From Eledone cirrhosa (Eukaryota): a stretch of DNA of 64,000 nt. A program made the position numbers and the translations under genes. The notes under the pieces were generated by a model. It made no database searches. It saw only the letters and a list, made by a program, of their open reading frames with translations, and was not told the DNA's origin. The stretch is from the NCBI GenBank assembly GCA_964016885.1, contig OZ024748.1, positions 57,908,001 through 57,972,000 on the forward strand, read 5' to 3'. Below, piece by piece: positions 31,011 through 52,166 of this stretch (position 1 is its first letter; the number at the start of each line of letters is the position of its first letter).

Positions 31011-32132
31011 GCAAACAATCTTCATCTTACAAAGTTAGGGACTCAACAGAGCACAAATTCATCTTTATTTTGAGAATTACGGAGAATAATACAATGGGAA
31101 ATTGTTGATTGCAAAAAGATGTAGAATGGCGTCCCACAGATTAGCTGCACCGGCTGCGGAAACTAAATTGACTGCTTGACGTTGCATATCCATTACATCT
31201 AAAATAAAGTCATGTATACCTATTAAAAAGCTACACTGGCGTGCTTTTGATAACTTAATTGACATCATTCCTAAATAATTTGTGAACATGCTTGAAACAT
31301 AACATATTAACACTGTCTCATTGTGAGAATGATTTATCGTTCATACGCATGATCAAAATCTAAAGTATGAAATACACCTATATAATGGTATTTGGAAATA
31401 TGAGTCCTAAGATTCATGACCGAATGTATCTTTGGATAAGAGAGCAATGTACCAATAGTCTTAAAACTTATGAAGAGGAACTGGAATTAGACAAGGCTTT
31501 TGTTAAGAACAGATGACAAATCAGGACAGGCATGATTATATATCTGAGGGAAAATGCGATGAGATGAAATATAAGCAGTCGATAAATGTATGTATTACAT
31601 GAATATGAACACAGGCATATTATATACTTAATATATTGTTGGTGCTATACTTTGTATAATCTATGTCACACCATCAAATATCTACTAAGATGGCACGTAG
31701 TGACAATATATTCATTACTGGCAAAGTGGTCACTGGTTATCTACAATTTGATTCCAATATCAGAAAACGCTATTAAGTGTTTACCACTCTATGCCAAATA
31801 ACCAAAACATTTACACCTTGCTCCTCGTGATTATGATTGTAAAAGTAGTTAATAAATTATCAGAAAACAGAAATTCTCAAAAGAAATGTTATCAATTATA
31901 ATTCAAACAAATAGTTTTAATATTTGTGATAATCGTAAACGAGCATATGGGTAATACTTACCTCATCCATGGAAGGAGCATGCATACTCATCATTACATA
32001 GTCAATAATACTATGAACTGGATGACCATATTTAGAAATGGCTTCATGCCCATATATCAAACTCCAGCTGGAAATAGGGCGTAGCATTCACTACACAATA
32101 TCATCCATTTCTTTTGGACACTTTCTCCCTCA

Positions 32133-32161
<29 letters not shown>

Positions 32162-32166
<5 letters not shown>

Positions 32167-32392
32167 GTAGAACACTGGGAGGTAATATACGTATTGGTAG
32201 AGCACTGAGTCCATGGGACGAGTTAGGTAGAAGTGGTTACACAACAGTTAGTTCACCATACCGAGAACAATTGTTTCACCTTACCGGATCCTCAGCTCGT
32301 AATGGACATGGTTATACGGAACAGGAAGGACAACCGTAAGGTGAAACAATTGTTCTCGGTATGGTGAACTAATTGTTGTTTAACCACTTCTA
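32162..32392. mobile_element. Fold-back element in TA microsatellite
   Basis: Inverted arms of about 57 bp (32228-32284 and 32336-32392) with a hammerhead fold on the minus strand; TA on both sides. Confidence 0.65.
32262..32299 (-). ncRNA. Minimal type I hammerhead ribozyme fold
   Basis: Minus strand: CGAG-CTGAGGA-TCCGGTAAGGT-GAA-AC-AATT-GT-T-CTCG. Stem III is palindromic (ACAATTGT); stem I is CGAG/CTCG. Confidence 0.65.
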
Positions 32393-32643
32393 TAAATATG
32401 TATATGCATATATATATATATATATGCATACATATATATATTTATATATGTATATATATGTATGTATATATATATATGTATATATCTATATATCTATATA
32501 TATAAGTATGTATGTGTGTGTGTACAACAAATAGTTGTATCGCTCTACATGACTGAATACAGTAAATGTAAATCTGAGTTTTTCGAATATTTATACCAAT
32601 ATTTGCTTCGTTTGCAATTATGCAAATAGCCTCCTAAGCAATG

Positions 32644-32675
<32 letters not shown>

Positions 32676-33334
32676 ATGTGTGTGTGCGTGTGTGTCTGTG
32701 TGTGTGTGTGTGTGTCGAGCGGGAGAGCGAATTATCTAGAATCCCTATTTATGAAAGAGACCCAATTGACATGATAAAAATGTCCTAATATATGACCAGC
32801 CAGCACATTGGAATTACCATTGTATTACTCGCATAGAACCTCATCTGTATTGGAAAATGATGATATCGAATTACTAAGGAACGTTGTCATGCATAAAACT
32901 ACCAGAGATAACGTGAGCATGATATAATCTTCCGTGACAAACATAACAATAGCATACAAATCTTTGATATAACAATACCAAATAATTGTAATCTTGTGCA
33001 GAAGCGACCTGAACAGCTAACGAATTATACAGACTTAGCTGTTGAATTACATACCATATGCCAGTTACGGGAGATGTATAATATTCCATTTGCATCTGTT
33101 ATAACAGTCAATTTTCTAAATTTCATATGGATGAACGTGAGCACTTTCTAGAACGTAATAAAGCTATTATTATTAAATTGTTTCAAACAAGCGTCAGACT
33201 GTTCCTTAACAACTGAAAACATGTATGCCTGTCAGCCTAGGTCGTAATTATAGTTTGCTTAAAGGAATGCTTTTTTGAATGTTTAACATCATAATATAAA
33301 TGTTATCAATTTCTAAAACTAATTAAATAATCGT

Positions 33335-33460
33335 AATAATTGTTTCTACTTTTGGCACAAGGCCAGCAATTACACAGTACATTACTGGTACGTTATTTTA
33401 TCGACCCCCGTAAGGATGAAAGGCAACGTTAACCTCGGCGCGATTTGAACTCATATCGTA
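33335..33460 (-). mobile_element. tRNA-derived SINE, family A (5'-truncated)
   Basis: 3' two-thirds of the family sequence. Confidence 0.8.
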
Positions 33461-34485
33461 ATAATACTATCTCGAATGTAAAAGCGTCACCCAAATACTA
33501 AGATGAAGAAATTGAAAGTAAAATATTTTAAACAAATAATCACCAAACATTATAGGATATACAGTACATAGTACCACTCAACAAATACCTTGCATAGCGT
33601 ACAGTACAGTTAATAAAAACCAAACGTAATCAAAACAAAGTGACGACGAAACACTGGACGTTAAGAAAATCGAATACAATTACCACTGCTTACACAATGA
33701 TTAGGTTACATATAAAAACGTAGATTATGTGTTTACATACACAAATAATATGGGAGCCTCGTTATTAACAAATAATGTGTCATTGGTAGTGAGGCTCTCA
33801 TTTATAAAGATACGGTATATGATTTTATATACACCATTACTCTTTAACATTATCATGGTGCTGTCATCTACTGATATCATGTCTATTATATCTATTCATT
33901 TCAGTTTGGTAAAAAATATATGGCATTTAATATTATATATTTGTTATCATTATTGAAAATATATTGCAATCATTGGGATTAACAGAAATACATTCAAGTA
34001 CTAAAGAGCAAATTTTGTTAAGAGGGTATATATGAATACATTTCAGCGTACTACAAATTCGTACGTACCTTCTGACTGAGAACATATCAATTTCAACATT
34101 TGATTCCCTCAAACCGAAGCAATTATACATAAATGGTATGATTAACATTTACTGAGTGCATGGCCTTTGAATTGACAACATAAGGTAGCGAAGCGAATTT
34201 CCTGGGTTTATGCCCGTCAGTATAGTAGCAGCTTTAGGGGTGTCTTGTAATATTATATCCCTCGCATATAGATGTCATGGATATGAAATAGCCTAATCTT
34301 CAGATATCATCCGCAGATAAAGAAGGCTATCTTCACAAGTTTGTAACGGGTTTACGGGTTAAATAGTTCCCGTTGATCGTTGCCTCTCTGCCCCGGCTTT
34401 TGTTGAGGGTAGAAAAGTGTTTTGTTAATCACTATTGGATAGTTTTATTGTTATCACAAACTAAAACTGTTTTCCGAATTAGCAA

Positions 34486-34527
<42 letters not shown>

Positions 34528-34653
34528 ATAATAATAAATTTGAAGACTAAAATCCCAAGAGGGCTCGATAAGGATAAATATATATCACATATATACGAAG
34601 ATCTCGTTAAGGGTGAAAGCAGCGATTATTTGCTTAAACTTTAATCTGTTATG

Positions 34654-34716
<63 letters not shown>

Positions 34717-36150
34717 TTCTATGAGTGTGTATATATATAGTGTCGCACAGTCTGAACATGGCGAGAAGGAACAAGCTTCCATCGAATGAAACGATCTTCA
34801 CAATTTAAATTGACAGCTCCAAGGGTATTTTGAAAAAAATTCAATAGCATATGACTTTGATGATAGTCCAGAATGGTGACAGAAATAGATATATTTCAAT
34901 CTTTGGTCTTAGAGATACATATTCATCCAAGGAATTAGTTTACAGTAGTTTACAACGGTTAGTTTACAATAGATAGATTCAAATGCAGAAAATAAGGAAA
35001 CATCTAAGCGCTGAGAATATGTTATACAAATGATAGAGCCGAATGAACGAGTGAAACCCACTGCGTGATGTGCATATCCACATCATTGATAATTGCTAAA
35101 CGATCTGTTAATTATGAGACAAAATCATAAAACGTTGACAGGAAATTATATTCTGTACTGAAGCGAAGTCTCCAACGAAGCTACGCTCGGCAAATGCCAT
35201 TACATGGTCTAATATGCAACGGTAGAATAACACCATTGCATGGATTGATTAGAAAATTGTCAATTTAAATTTATCGTCCAGGCTGGGCCTCTGAACGCAC
35301 CAGGAATCATGGTTTCGACAAATGCAAAAATATGCTAATATTATGCTAGTCATGCAAATATGAACATGAATCAATTGAGAAATACAGACCAAATATCAAA
35401 ATAGACATTAACAATATAAAGAACTCTAAGAGCAACAACAGTCCCATAAGCCCAAAACGGGAGGCATGATATGTATATATATATAAATGCAGGTATGTGT
35501 ATTTTTCTGTAATCTGATTAACACATATCATCATATGTCTACTGGAGATTTCCAAAATCTATATGAATAATAAATGCACGTTAACGCAAATATTTGGAAA
35601 ATAAAAAGTTCAGAAGTAGTTTTCAATTTTCAAAGAAGCCAACTTGATGGGAAGAAGCCTATACGTGTCAGACAGCACTGGGATTGAGTAATTGATATAA
35701 ATGAATGTTTAAAACATAAAGGAAACAAAGCAAAAGGTCTTACAACAATGCTATGACCAATATGTTACGATACTAAGCAGTAAAGAACCGTACTAAAACC
35801 CAACTCTCTCAAAGTTAAACTGCAGATTTATTATAGGTATATCAAGGTGGCGCAATGGAAAAGTCATTAAGACGGAAGATTAAAATGATTTACAGTGTCG
35901 TCCCAGCGCTATAAATTGAGTGCAAACCCTGCTGAGATATACTGTACATTTCTTTTTATGTTGTAGTCGATAAATAAGGAACCAGTCCATTGCTGATGTT
36001 TATTCTTACTTTATCTCTCTTCCCAAGTTCATTATCTATTTTTCCGGACGAAATCGGACGATTCCCGACCGGGAGTGGCGAACTTTCCACCAGGATGAAA
36101 ATGCCAAAGACAGGCCTTATGTAACGACAGTGCCCCTGTGATAGCGTTTT

Positions 36151-36341
36151 AATAATTGTTTCTACTGTTTGCACAAGGCCAGCAATTACCCAGTACATTA
36201 CTGGTACTTTATTTTATCGACCCTGTAAGGATGACAGGCAAAGTTGACCTCGGCCGGATTTGAAATCAGAATGGAAACAGTCGTATCTCTATGCGTCAAA
36301 GCATGACGTCTGACCCTCTACCGATACTGCCAATTCACCCC
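36151..36341 (-). mobile_element. tRNA-derived SINE, family A, with TSD
   Basis: atagcgttttaataat duplicated at 36141-36156 and 36345-36360. Confidence 0.88.
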
Positions 36342-37072
36342 TCTATAGCGTTTTAATAATACTAATGGTTTCAGCCTAACGTTACATATACTGATTAGAA
36401 CATTATTAGAATTTAATTACCACTTTTCTGTCGCCAAGCATGCATAGGAGTCAACTACGACTGTTCATCTTCTATCAAATATTTTGTAACAAACAGCTTG
36501 ATATAAAAGCAAAATCACTGATTTGACGCACAAATAATTACGACAGAGCACACACAAGGTTACCGAACTGATGGAAATGACAAATTTGAGAGCGAACATT
36601 GTGATATGAGGCAATAATGGTTGTATATCTAATGAAAACTTTGCGTGGCGGAAAATAATTAAAGTATAATTAATTCCCTGAATACAGTGTTCTCAATTGG
36701 AAGAATTATTAGAGCGTCGATGGACATGTTTGCAACATATTCAGCCTTGATGCCGACATTATTCAAATGTATCATTGAATAAGGCGATATCAATACTGCC
36801 TTATAAATATTTTTGGGGTGATTTTATAATGAACACGCCATCTAATGTCAATTGAGAAGGTTGGTGGAACAGCAGAAGCAATAGAGAATCAGACAATATA
36901 TGTTATATTTATTACGAGTGTTTACATTATTAATCAAATTTCTTCTGTTGTTATCATTCGCTTTCTTCGTTCCGGTGTCGATAATATATAGAGCTGATCA
37001 ATTAGGGGTGGTAGATTAATAGATGGAAATTCCTTGAATATATTTGAATTTCACCTAATTTGGGAACATTTA

Positions 37073-37266
37073 TAATAATTGTTTCTACGTTTGGCAAAAA
37101 GCCAGCAATTATCCCAGTGTATTACTTGTACTTTATTTTATCGACCCCGTAAGGATGAAAGGCAAAGTTAACTTCGGCGGGATTTGAACTCAGACTGTAA
37201 AGGACCGGAATTCTATGCTGCAAAGCATGACCACCGACCTTCTACCGATACTGCCAATCTACCGCC
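37073..37266 (-). mobile_element. tRNA-derived SINE, family A
   Basis: Full-length match to the family sequence. Confidence 0.85.
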
Positions 37267-37685
37267 CTTGCTAAATATCCGCTGAGTGGCAGAAGGGTGA
37301 CACATTATAATTTAAATCATTTGGCTCATTGTCTGCTTCGTTCACTTTTGCCTTAGATAATTGAAGTATGAATATGATCCGTTCAGCCACTGCGGTATAT
37401 GTAATCGACTGTTCCATCCATTTCACCCGAATTGAGTGCTTTATTCCTAATAAAAAGATTAGTGGGATCATTATTATGACTCCCATTTTTATATCATGAT
37501 TAATGACTTATAGACGATTTAATATTCTAAAATGTTAAGTGTTACAACATTTTACAGACAGCTGGAGAGAAGAGGGTCTGCGGAGAAGAGGGTTTCTTTT
37601 CACTGTTAACGTGTTATAAATATGGTAACATATATTACTCTTATCGGAGTGTCTTACATTTTAAACTGTAAGCAATTAATTTGGT

Positions 37686-39040
<1,355 letters not shown>

Positions 39041-39049
39041 AACTTTGAA

Positions 39050-39487
39050 TAACTTTGAAATGTTTTGGCCAGTATTGGCCCAGGCCATGTCTAACTTAAT
39101 AGCACCACCTGGCGAAGTCTTTCAATTCAGGATTTGGGCACCATGGCCCATTCGAGAAGAGAATTACTGTTTGCGGAGACATATCCGGGTGTGGGTGGTT
39201 TGTCCGGGATTACTTGGAGGAATTTGTCCAAAGACTTCTTGAATCTTGTGTGGTCAGTTTCTGTTTTGACGTGTCCTGGTGTGATGTTGAAGAGAGCAGG
39301 GCCGATTGAGGTGAAATAATTGTGCCGTATTGTTGTTATGAGTTGCGATTTAGATTTTTGAATGGGACGGATAGCACGGGGCCCAAGCCTTGGGTGTATC
39401 TTGAAGGCGATGCCAACATCATTTGGGCAGTGATGATGGAACATTTTCCACATCATGCAGATAATATAACGCTCACGGCGACGTTGG

Positions 39488-39490
<3 letters not shown>
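39050..39490 (-). mobile_element. 3' fragment of a CR1/L2-like LINE (ORF2 C-terminus)
   Basis: [39 protein letters not shown] and NSNSLLEW motifs; embedded between TA arrays. Confidence 0.75.
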
Positions 39491-39561
<71 letters not shown>

Positions 39562-39780
39562 GTATATATATATGTATATGTGTATATGTATATATATATA
39601 TATATATATGTATGTATATATATGTATATATATATATATGTATATGTGTATATGTATATATATATATATATATGTATGTATATATATGTATATATATATA
39701 TATATGTATATGTGTATATGTATATATATATATATATGTATGTATATATATGTATATATATATATATATATGTATGTATA

Positions 39781-39831
<51 letters not shown>

Positions 39832-39882
39832 GTATGTATATATATGTATATGTATGTATATATATGTATATGTATATATATG

Positions 39883-40491
39883 TCAGGTCACCAGTTGGTG
39901 CTACTGGTAACATGTATCCCAGTACAACCTGTCTCATGGTCGGGTCGTTGGCGACTAAACTGGCAACCCCACCAAGGTTTCTTGGTGAGGAGGGTGATTT
40001 TGGACATCCTGCAGGACTAAAAACAAAACCTGTCAAAGGGCAAAGGAGCTCTTAAGAGTCAATGGCCATCCAGAATCACCGGGAGAGATGACCCCTTAGC
40101 CTTTGTCAAGGCAGAATTCTAGGAGAAGGAAAACTCTGATATAACACCTGCAACCCTGATGGTATCCAATGATGTTGACTTGTTCTTCTTTTTGGTAAAT
40201 ATCATCTTGGTTAAGAGAGTGGGACTGGCTTTGTGCAGTGCCTTTGCTCACTATAAAAGCTTCACGGCACAGGCATTGCTTTATATCTGGAGATCTCTCT
40301 GCACTTGTCCTCACATGGTACCATGGCCCCAGCACTATGTGTCAATAATTGTCACAAGTGTAGTGTTTGTACCAGAGTTTTCAAGTCGCTGGCTGGACTA
40401 AAAAGTCACACTCGTTCTGCGCTTCGGTAGGGGTTCTCCTACATGGATTTAAAGTAGTGGCCGTACTCGAAAACGAGTTGGCAGCCACCAT
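39883..40491 (+). mobile_element. Non-autonomous, internally deleted RTE-like retroelement, copy 2
   Basis: Same sequence as 15820-16442; both ends lie in TA/TATG microsatellite. Confidence 0.65.
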
Positions 40492-42120
<1,629 letters not shown>

Positions 42121-42646
42121 TGCGGCTGTTATATATATATATGCATAAGCGGCTGTTATTTCTAGCACCGTGAATGCCGGATAGCTAGTTTTGGCTTGCC
42201 TGCACACGTGTAGTCAGACCTGCAAAATGTTTGATGTGAGATAATTTTACTGGGTTCCTGTTGATAAGCACAGTAGATTTGGGTATTTCACTCTTTTATT
42301 TCAACTCCATTTCGATTATCTTTATTTTTCAATTCACATTCCACCGTTGCGAAACTTATTTGGGTTTCGAGGTTCAAATTCGTCTACAGAACAGGTTTGA
42401 ATTTCGAAATTTAAATATGTCCAGGAATCATGGCTGTTGCCAACATAAGCTTGTCTTTATTGACTTATATCGAGACAGCCAAATTGTATTTACTTTAATT
42501 AGTTTATTTCATTAATAGCTAACTTTGTCTGTTGCAAATATGAACACATTTCGTGTTTATCATATATTTTAAATGTAACTGCTCGGAAGAGCCCCTTCCT
42601 GGAGCTTAATTATTGTAAACGACTGAGAGTTTATTCTCAAAATATA

Positions 42647-47387
<4,741 letters not shown>

Positions 47388-47605
47388 AACCAAGTTAATT
47401 GCTTAGAGTTTAAAGGGTAAAACACAGTGATAAAGAGTAACATATTGTAATATATATATATATAATCTCAAGATCCAGTTCCTACAATTAATTATTCTAT
47501 AATTTAGTCTTTGCTATATGGATACTGTATAATTTTCTCTTTTCAAATATAAATTAGTGTCGTAGTAAAATATACTACATCGATGTCTAGAGATTCCTTG
47601 AATGC

Positions 47606-47792
47606 TGCGTATGGCAGTATCAGTAGAGGGTCAGACACCATGCTTTCCAGCATAGTTACGTCCCTTTACGGTCTGAGTTCAAATCCCGTCGGGGTTAACT
47701 TTGCCTTTCATCCTTACGGGGTCGATAAAATAAGGTACCAGTAATCCACTGGTATAATTGCTGGCCTGGTGCCAAAAGTAGAAACAATTATT
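47606..47792 (+). mobile_element. tRNA-derived SINE, family A
   Basis: Full-length match to the family sequence. Confidence 0.85.
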
Positions 47793-48538
47793 ACTAGAGT
47801 AAAATGCCAACTAGAATCTATTTAATATATCATTATACATTTAATATGTTGACAAAACTAAAACGAAACAAGCTTTTATGAAGGGAAATTTCTTTAACGT
47901 TAAAACATTGTGGTTGGGTGTTGGAACGCCGACATTTCCACTGATGAATGTAACAAGTACATCGATCACTGTCACAATATACACATGTAGAGACTGTTCA
48001 AATGTTTGCAAATTATAGAGATATGAGTACATTTAAAGTAATCTTCAGAACATTATCACATCCAACTTCATTGTGTGTGTAACCTGAAATATCGTACATA
48101 GTTGCAGGAGGAGATACACTAACAGAAATCAAACGAACGACTGTAGGAATGTACCCCGGCCAATTTGAATCCAATTCTGGTCTTAATCGATAGTGAATTA
48201 ATTAAAATAATGAAAATCATATCTAGTGCTTAGTTGCTTCCCTTTCTAAGTTGAATATAATTCCTAACTAAATCCACGTTGCATTTCAGCCTCCTCGTTG
48301 AACGGCAACTTAGACGTAGGCAAAATTGATATTCAGAAGTGAGTTATCAGTTAAATAATTGTCTATTTAATCAAATTTAGTTTACTCAAAAATGAATGAC
48401 ATTGGGCATATGTTACAGATAATATTTAAATCAATATTAGTATAATTATTTCCCTAAATGTAATTTATTCTTCTTTTTCTTAATTGTTCCTTACATAAAT
48501 CCACATCGCAATCTATTATAATACATCTAGTCTCGTGT

Positions 48539-49408
48539 TCTTTGACATTGTCTCCGGAGTCAGACAGGGTTGCATTCTCAGTTGTTCCTGCTGCCAGCCG
48601 ATTTCGTACTAAGGGGAATATATGAAGGACCCGGTCGAGGAATCCCATGTAGAGGGAAGTTGAGGCTGAGGGACCTGGCATTTGCCGACGACATCGCTTT
48701 GATCGCAGATCTGCAGGCCCTAACAACATCCCTACAAGAGAGTGCGGAAAAGATCGGCCTGAAAATCAACACCAAAAAGACCAAGGCCATGAGAACGGCC
48801 AGCAACATAGGTCCAGTGATCAGAGTCAACCAACAGGACCTCGAGGAAGTCTATCACTGACAGGCAGCGGTGACGCGGAACTCGACATCAACTGTCGGAT
48901 CGGCCAAGGATCCGCAGTTTTCCAGCGGCTGTGCGCAGTCTGGTCGTCTTCATGCATTATCACCAAGGCCAAGCTCCGACTGTACAAGAGCATCGTGTTG
49001 CCGACAGTGCTTTATGAAAGCGAGACCTGGAAGAGTACGGCAAAAAGTTCGGTACCTGCGAAAGATCCTTCATGTGTCCTGGCGTGACCGAGTGCGAAAC
49101 GAGGAGATCCTGCGGAGAGACAAGTCGTGGACGCTACAGAGTGTGGTCACGAAGCGTCGGTGCCGTCTGGCTGGCCATATTCTGCGTCTGCCAAATGAAC
49201 GGCATTCGAAAACATTGATGAACTGGACTCCGCCTGGCGGTATACGTAGGCGGGGTTGCCCAAGGATCACCTGGCGACGAACGTTCCGGAAGGATCTGAT
49301 GGCAGTCAACATCAGCTGGCACGGTCTCGAAAAAGTTGCCGCTGATCGTGACCGATGGCGAGTAATTACTGCTCGATGCGCCGAACGGCGCGGAAGAATC
49401 TAAGACTA
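48539..49408 (+). mobile_element. 5'-truncated RTE-clade non-LTR retrotransposon (reverse transcriptase C-terminal part, frameshifted)
   Basis: Contains SGVRQGCIL, LAFADDIAL, GLKINTKKTK, LRKILHVSWRDRVRNEEIL, GHILR and RRRGCPRITWRR. Short ctaaga/ctaagt tail. 10-bp target-site duplication agtctcgtgt at 48529-48538 and 49409-49418. Confidence 0.92.
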
Positions 49409-50945
49409 AGTCTCGTGTGGAATAATATTTTGAGGTAGTCGCTCACATCCCATGTATCTTTGGGAGATGTCTATTTATTTTTGTATCACAAATAATCTTC
49501 TTGAAGAGAAACACCATGTTTCTTTATAAAACAGAATATCAAATGTAAATATGTACATGACACAGACTAGTATGTATGGACTCGTAAAACCCGACAGTGT
49601 CGTAGGGGTGCCACAATGACATTGCGGTGTTTAAATCTGGTGGAACCAATCTCCTCTCTACGTCTGAATACAGTATATTTATTCCAGAAAAAGAGCGTAG
49701 GGGAAGGGAAGTGAGAAAGAGATATTAGGGAAGAATCGACACCAAGTGCTAGGCCGATACTTTATTACCCTTAAATTGATGAAAGACAAAGTTGAGAGCT
49801 GGGGGAATTTAACTCAGGGAACAGGGAATTTCAGAGAATAACGGAAAACATTATAACAGTCCTTCTAGTACCTCTGCCAATTCGCCACCAACTCAGACTA
49901 GTACATCATTAGATGTTGTAGGTATGGTCTGCATAGCCTACAGAGAAGGACAATGCAGCTTGTACTACTAAAAAAAAAGACATGGTGATAGGTCGTGTGA
50001 TTTGATTAGTTCTTTCATGTCAATGGATTAGATACGATTCTACCATGCATTGCTGATCTAAATACTCTTGTATAATGATATATATCAGATTGCGGAAATT
50101 TACAATTAAAACTATATCTGACATTACTCATAATATATTTGAAATAGAATAGTAAAAATAGGATCGTAAATAATTTAAATTCAATTAGATTTCATTCAAT
50201 ATTCCTTACAGCGCTATCAAAACAACGAATAGTATATCACATACAGGAAATAATATGTGTGCATTTATGCAAATAATACATAATTAACCTGGAGATCACT
50301 GTATACAGCCACCACAATAATTAATATAAATATAGATTTAAAACATACGTCATTTCATTATAACATGAATCAGATAATGAAAATTCACTACTCGTCAAAA
50401 TTATGTATTTACGAATAGATATTCAATAACCATTTTGATGTAAATTCTTAGGATAAAGTTGCATTGTCTACCACTATGTTTCCATTTGTTTATGTAATAT
50501 CGTAGACGTATGTATTACGATCAGTAAGATGATCAATAAATATTCCATCATAACATTCACCTAATTTAGTTAAAACGTTATCTAATTCGTCATACATCGG
50601 AGAGATCCTCACAGAAAATATGAATTCATGCAAGGTCATTATTCAATCTCAAATATTGTGCTTCATAGCCCTAGTCAATAAGGAAATTGAAACATATGCA
50701 ACATAAACTGGAAATGTAGTTTTCAATGACACAAATGTATCTTTTTGAGTAGAACGTCCTCTACGAAATACAAGGAAATGTAAAGGAGAAATACTTGAAA
50801 AGTATTAATTGATACTTATAAACTTTGGCATTAGGTCCTGGATAACAAATATAGATCACTGAAAGCAGTGTGAGTAGCTGTTCATATTCACGGATCTATA
50901 TATATATATATAGTAGCGGATCACAACAAGCAATGTTCTGCTTCC

Positions 50946-50983
<38 letters not shown>

Positions 50984-50985
<2 letters not shown>

Positions 50986-51040
50986 TTCCGAAGAGATTGT
51001 TTTGTTACAAACAAGAGCACGTTGGAGAAAGCACTCAACA
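50984..51040 (+). ncRNA. Degenerate type I hammerhead-like fold
   Basis: TGTT-CCGAAGA-g-attgttttgt-t-acaaacaa-...-GAA-AG-ca-CT-C-AACA. Directly follows (TA)n; AATAAA at 51070-51075. Confidence 0.5.
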
Positions 51041-51852
51041 TCCGTATTTTGTAGTTACGATTGAGATTCAATAAAATAACAATATTAAGAAAGATCCTGT
51101 TGTTACACAAATCGTTTATTCACGATTCATGGAACATCACAATTTTTATTAATGCTATTATTATTATTATTGTTATATATATATAATTGTGAAAGCACGG
51201 TTATGTAATAGAACAAGCACATCCTCCGTCTGTTTCTCACTCACTCAATAATTTAATTAAGTCTGTATTATTAATACACAGATCCAAGAAATTAGAGAGC
51301 ATAGATGTACGTTAATTAATGAGAAAACCATTGTGTGTGTGTGCGTGACTATACATGCTAATTAATATACCACTAACTTAAAATAGGAATTATAATTCTA
51401 TTAGAACTTGATATCAAATTTATGTCAAATTCTCATCGAAGCCTTACGAAATTTACTTTCCTTGAAAAGTGGCATCTTATTACATGTTATTGTGTATTCA
51501 AAAACTTCAGTGTCAGATACATAACCTTCAACAATAAAAGAAATATGGGAAGTTTGTTTTAGTGTTTAATAAATCTATTGCTTTACGATCGTTTCAGAGG
51601 GCTACATTAAAGCAAAAAATATTATCGATGTATTGATTTATCGATAACAGATATCGATAGCAGATAGCGGCTATATGCTACTAGAATATAGAAATTACAT
51701 TCGTGCTGCCTTCCCTCCGCTGAAATATTGCAATCTATTAAGCAATACATTGCTAATATGTTTGTGTGTTTTGCTCCCTGAAATGATGATAAAACAATTG
51801 TTGAATTAATTAATAAACCTCACTATATTTTCTCCTTGCTCAACAGAGATTT

Positions 51853-51893
<41 letters not shown>

Positions 51894-52166
51894 AAACACA
51901 TTTTCCACCCTCAAGATATATATCTCTACTAGCCTGCCTTCCTATGCATGTCTTTTAGCTATGGATCATCACAAAGTTGTCCTTCATATATGGTATTCCA
52001 CAATTCTGGTGCAATGTATATTCATACATTCTTAGAAAATCAGTCTTCTGCTAGCAGAAGTAGTGTATATAGTACTAGTTTCTAAAATACTCTAAATATT
52101 TAATCATTGAATCAACCAGATCGCTATAATTTACTTCACCAATAGTATCTATATTTCCATCTCTTT

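Noticed and set aside
42160-42190. ccgtgaatgccgg...CTAGT as a Helitron 3' end
   Set aside because: Weak hairpin and no matching 5' TC end.
42575-42640. cggaaga-gcccc/ggagc...gtaaac as a hammerhead
   Set aside because: Both core halves are mutated; too degenerate to support.
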